The notes under the pieces were generated by a model that saw only the letters and a list, made by a program, of their open reading frames with translations, made no database searches and had not been told where the DNA came from. The position numbers were made by a program, and so were the translations under genes. Below, piece after piece: positions 61,776 through 64,000 of a stretch of DNA of 64,000 nucleotides. The stretch is from Amoebidium appalachense. Taxonomy: Eukaryota > Protista > Ichthyosporea. Position 1 is the stretch's first letter; each line of letters begins with the position of its first letter. The stretch is from positions 9,812,907-9,876,906 of the forward strand of contig CAVNZM010000001.1 of assembly GCA_963693365.1 (NCBI GenBank). The letters run 5' to 3'.

Positions 61776-64000
61776 GAGGGAGGGAGAGAGAGAGAGCACA
61801 AAGGAGGAAAGCAGACACGAATACAAACAAGCTAGGACACATACATACTTCAAGGCTCTTGCTGTCATACATGGTGACGTATTCCAACATCCCCACTCAA
61901 GGGGTTGAAGTTTGTGTTCTCGTGTCTGTTGATGTGACGGTAGATGGGGTCCAAACACAGGAGGGGCCGTCACACTCAAGTTTCCCCACTCGAGGATGCA
62001 AACCGAAGATCCTTGAGGTGGGAAGGAGAGAATCAAAACTGAAGAGGCACACAACGACGGTTGCCTCTGAAGACTCGAAATAAGAAATCATGGTGGTTAT
62101 CGGCGATATATATATATATATAGGAAACACTAGTGTATGTGTGACGTGTTGGTGGCTAATGGTTTATACTGGGGACCACCCAGGTAAACACAAGACATGA
62201 ACATCTTGTGGACTGATTTATAGACTGGTGGTCAACCAGTTAAGACACGGGGAAGGTGCATCCCGTGGACTAGGTTTAGACTGGCAGTCAACCAGCACGT
62301 CATGGCTATAGATAATTATTTATACTGGGACGCCATCCCAGTTCGACATATATATAAGTCGAATATAGAAGAAAACCAATATATATGGTGGGATATGAAT
62401 ATAAATAAACGACGGATGGTGGAGAATAATCCCCACTGAAGATGCACACATATGACGATGGAAGACTGAGTCCCCACTGATGAAGAGAAACGATGAGGAG
62501 TAGTAGACTTTCGTTGGGAGGCATCTTGATCACCGTAGGTGTGTCAACTGCTGTCCAGGGCCCCAACCTACTCAGAAACCACTCGATGATGAACACCAGT
62601 GCACGGGTCAGTCACGGAGACTGAGGTTGGCACGGTGTGTGTCGTGGGCCGGACCAGCCAGAGGCTTGGTGAAGATGTCGGCCAGGTTCTTCTTGGTGTC
62701 GATGTAGGTGACAGTGACGTCCCCACTGTTGATGTAGTCCTTTGTGTTGAAGTAACGAACGGCAATGTGCTTGGTCCGGTGCTTGATGGTGTTGGAGTGG
62801 ACCAGAGCAATGGTGGACTGATTGTCACAGTACACGGGGGTGGGCTCGGTCATGGGGTAGCCCAGCTCCTTTAGTAGATCACGGTGCCAGACAACATCTT
62901 GCACGGCAGCATTGAGGGCCAGGAGCTCGGCCTCACACGTGGAGGTTGCAGTGATCGTCTGCAGCTTGGAGTGGTAGGTGACGGGGGAGCCTTCGAGGAG
63001 GATGACGTACCCAGACGTGGAACGACGGGTGGTGGGGCAACCAGCAAAGTCAGAATCCGAGTAGCACTCAAGGATGGGCACCTTGCTGTTGGGGGCCTTC
63101 TTCTTGTAGTAGAGGCCGAGGTTGATGGTGCCGAGCAGGTAACGAACGACACGGAGGAGAAGCTCCCAGGCAGTCTTGGTGGGCTTGGAGCTGAATCGGC
63201 CGAGGTAGCCAATGGCATACGAGATGTCAGGCCGGGAGCACCGAGCAACCCACAGCAGACGGCCGAGGAGTTCACGGTAGGGGACGGTGGTGGGCAGGGA
63301 TGAGAGGGAGGTCTCGTTGATGATGGTGCCCACGGGAATAGGGGTGGCCTTAGGCTTGGCATCGACCAGGTTGAAGTCGGTGATGATGTCCTTGATGTAG
63401 GAGGACTGCAGCAGCTTGAGGGAGTCACGGGTGTACAGCAGTTGGGTGCCGAGGAAGATGTCTGGCAGACCGACCTTGCACTCGGCAGACTTCGTGATGT
63501 GACGAACAAGCCCCTGCATGATGGTGGAGTTCCGTGTGCAGGTGATGATGGCATCATCAACGTAGTTGCCCGAACGGATGATGTGCCCGTTGGGGAACTG
63601 ACGGAAGTAGACACACGGATCGGAACGGAGACGGGTGAGGCCGTGGGCAATGAGAATGGAGTTGAAGAACTCGTACCATGCCAGGGATGCCTGCTTGAGT
63701 CCGTAGATGGCCTTCTTGAGTTTCCAGACTTTGTGTTCATTGCCAGGGAGGATAAAACCAGGAGGTTGCTCCATGTACAAAGTCTCGTCGAGGGGGCTGT
63801 TGAGGAAGGCCGTGCTGATGTCGAGTTGATGGATCTCGTGGTCCTGTTGCACACCGAGGGCAAGCAGGGCACGGACGGAGGAGGACATGACGACGGGGGA
63901 AGAGTTTTCACCGTAGTCAACACCGTAGACTTGGGTGAAACCCTTGGCCACACCACGACCCTTGATCTTGGTGTCACCAGCAGAGTTGAGGACCTTCTCC
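60961..64000 (-). mobile_element. Second Ty1/Copia element, 3' portion (continues beyond the window)
   Basis: RT-RNase H ORF; PPT GAGTGGGGA then TGTTGGAATACG; inferred 929-bp 3' LTR at 61889-60961 ending AACAACA. The predicted TSD is GTAAC (+ strand, 60956-60960); the other end is not visible. Confidence 0.9.
62608..64000 (-). CDS. Copia pol, RT and RNase H (partial)
   Basis: QLDISTAFLN, IYGLKQA, GNYVDD, YSDSDFAG, CDNQ, NLADIFTK; closely related to, but distinct from, the first Copia. Confidence 0.96.
   Translation of the reverse strand, partial: EKVLNSAGDTKIKGRGVAKGFTQVYGVDYGENSSPVVMSSSVRALLALGVQQDHEIHQLDISTAFLNSPLDETLYMEQPPGFILPGNEHKVWKLKKAIYGLKQASLAWYEFFNSILIAHGLTRLRSDPCVYFRQFPNGHIIRSGNYVDDAIITCTRNSTIMQGLVRHITKSAECKVGLPDIFLGTQLLYTRDSLKLLQSSYIKDIITDFNLVDAKPKATPIPVGTIINETSLSSLPTTVPYRELLGRLLWVARCSRPDISYAIGYLGRFSSKPTKTAWELLLRVVRYLLGTINLGLYYKKKAPNSKVPILECYSDSDFAGCPTTRRSTSGYVILLEGSPVTYHSKLQTITATSTCEAELLALNAAVQDVVWHRDLLKELGYPMTEPTPVYCDNQSTIALVHSNTIKHRTKHIAVRYFNTKDYINSGDVTVTYIDTKKNLADIFTKPLAGPAHDTHRANLSLRD

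Overview
Eukaryotic nuclear DNA rich in microsatellites and poly-G/C runs. Most short ORFs in the supplied track are translated repeats. An animal-type mL63, a stand-alone GTF3C6 and animal-like tRNA-iMet primer sites suggest a holozoan, possibly unicellular (inference only). The left ~23 kb holds four intron-containing genes rebuilt by hand with phase-consistent GT-AG splicing: a 117-aa single-pass membrane protein (-), TFIIIC subunit 6 (+), and two mitoribosomal large-subunit genes, mL63 (-) and bL31m (+), arranged head to head. A perfect 453-bp tandem array lies between GTF3C6 and mL63. The right ~40 kb is a transposon nest. A PIF/Harbinger MITE (25032-49871, TTA TSD) is split by a Ty3/Gypsy element (25861-49631, identical 245-bp LTRs, CTAC TSD). 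The Gypsy pol is split by a 13.6-kb transposase-less CMC/EnSpm-like TIR element (30697-44311, AT TSD) that carries an APE-RT LINE and a 16-copy ~183-bp satellite. After the nest come a complete young Ty1/Copia (50143-56883, 925-bp LTRs, ATATC TSD, 30-nt half-tRNA-iMet PBS), a tRNA-derived SINE, a second Harbinger MITE and the 3' part of a second Copia. Most TE frameshifts sit in homopolymer runs and may be assembly errors. All family calls come from motifs recognised by eye; no database search was run.
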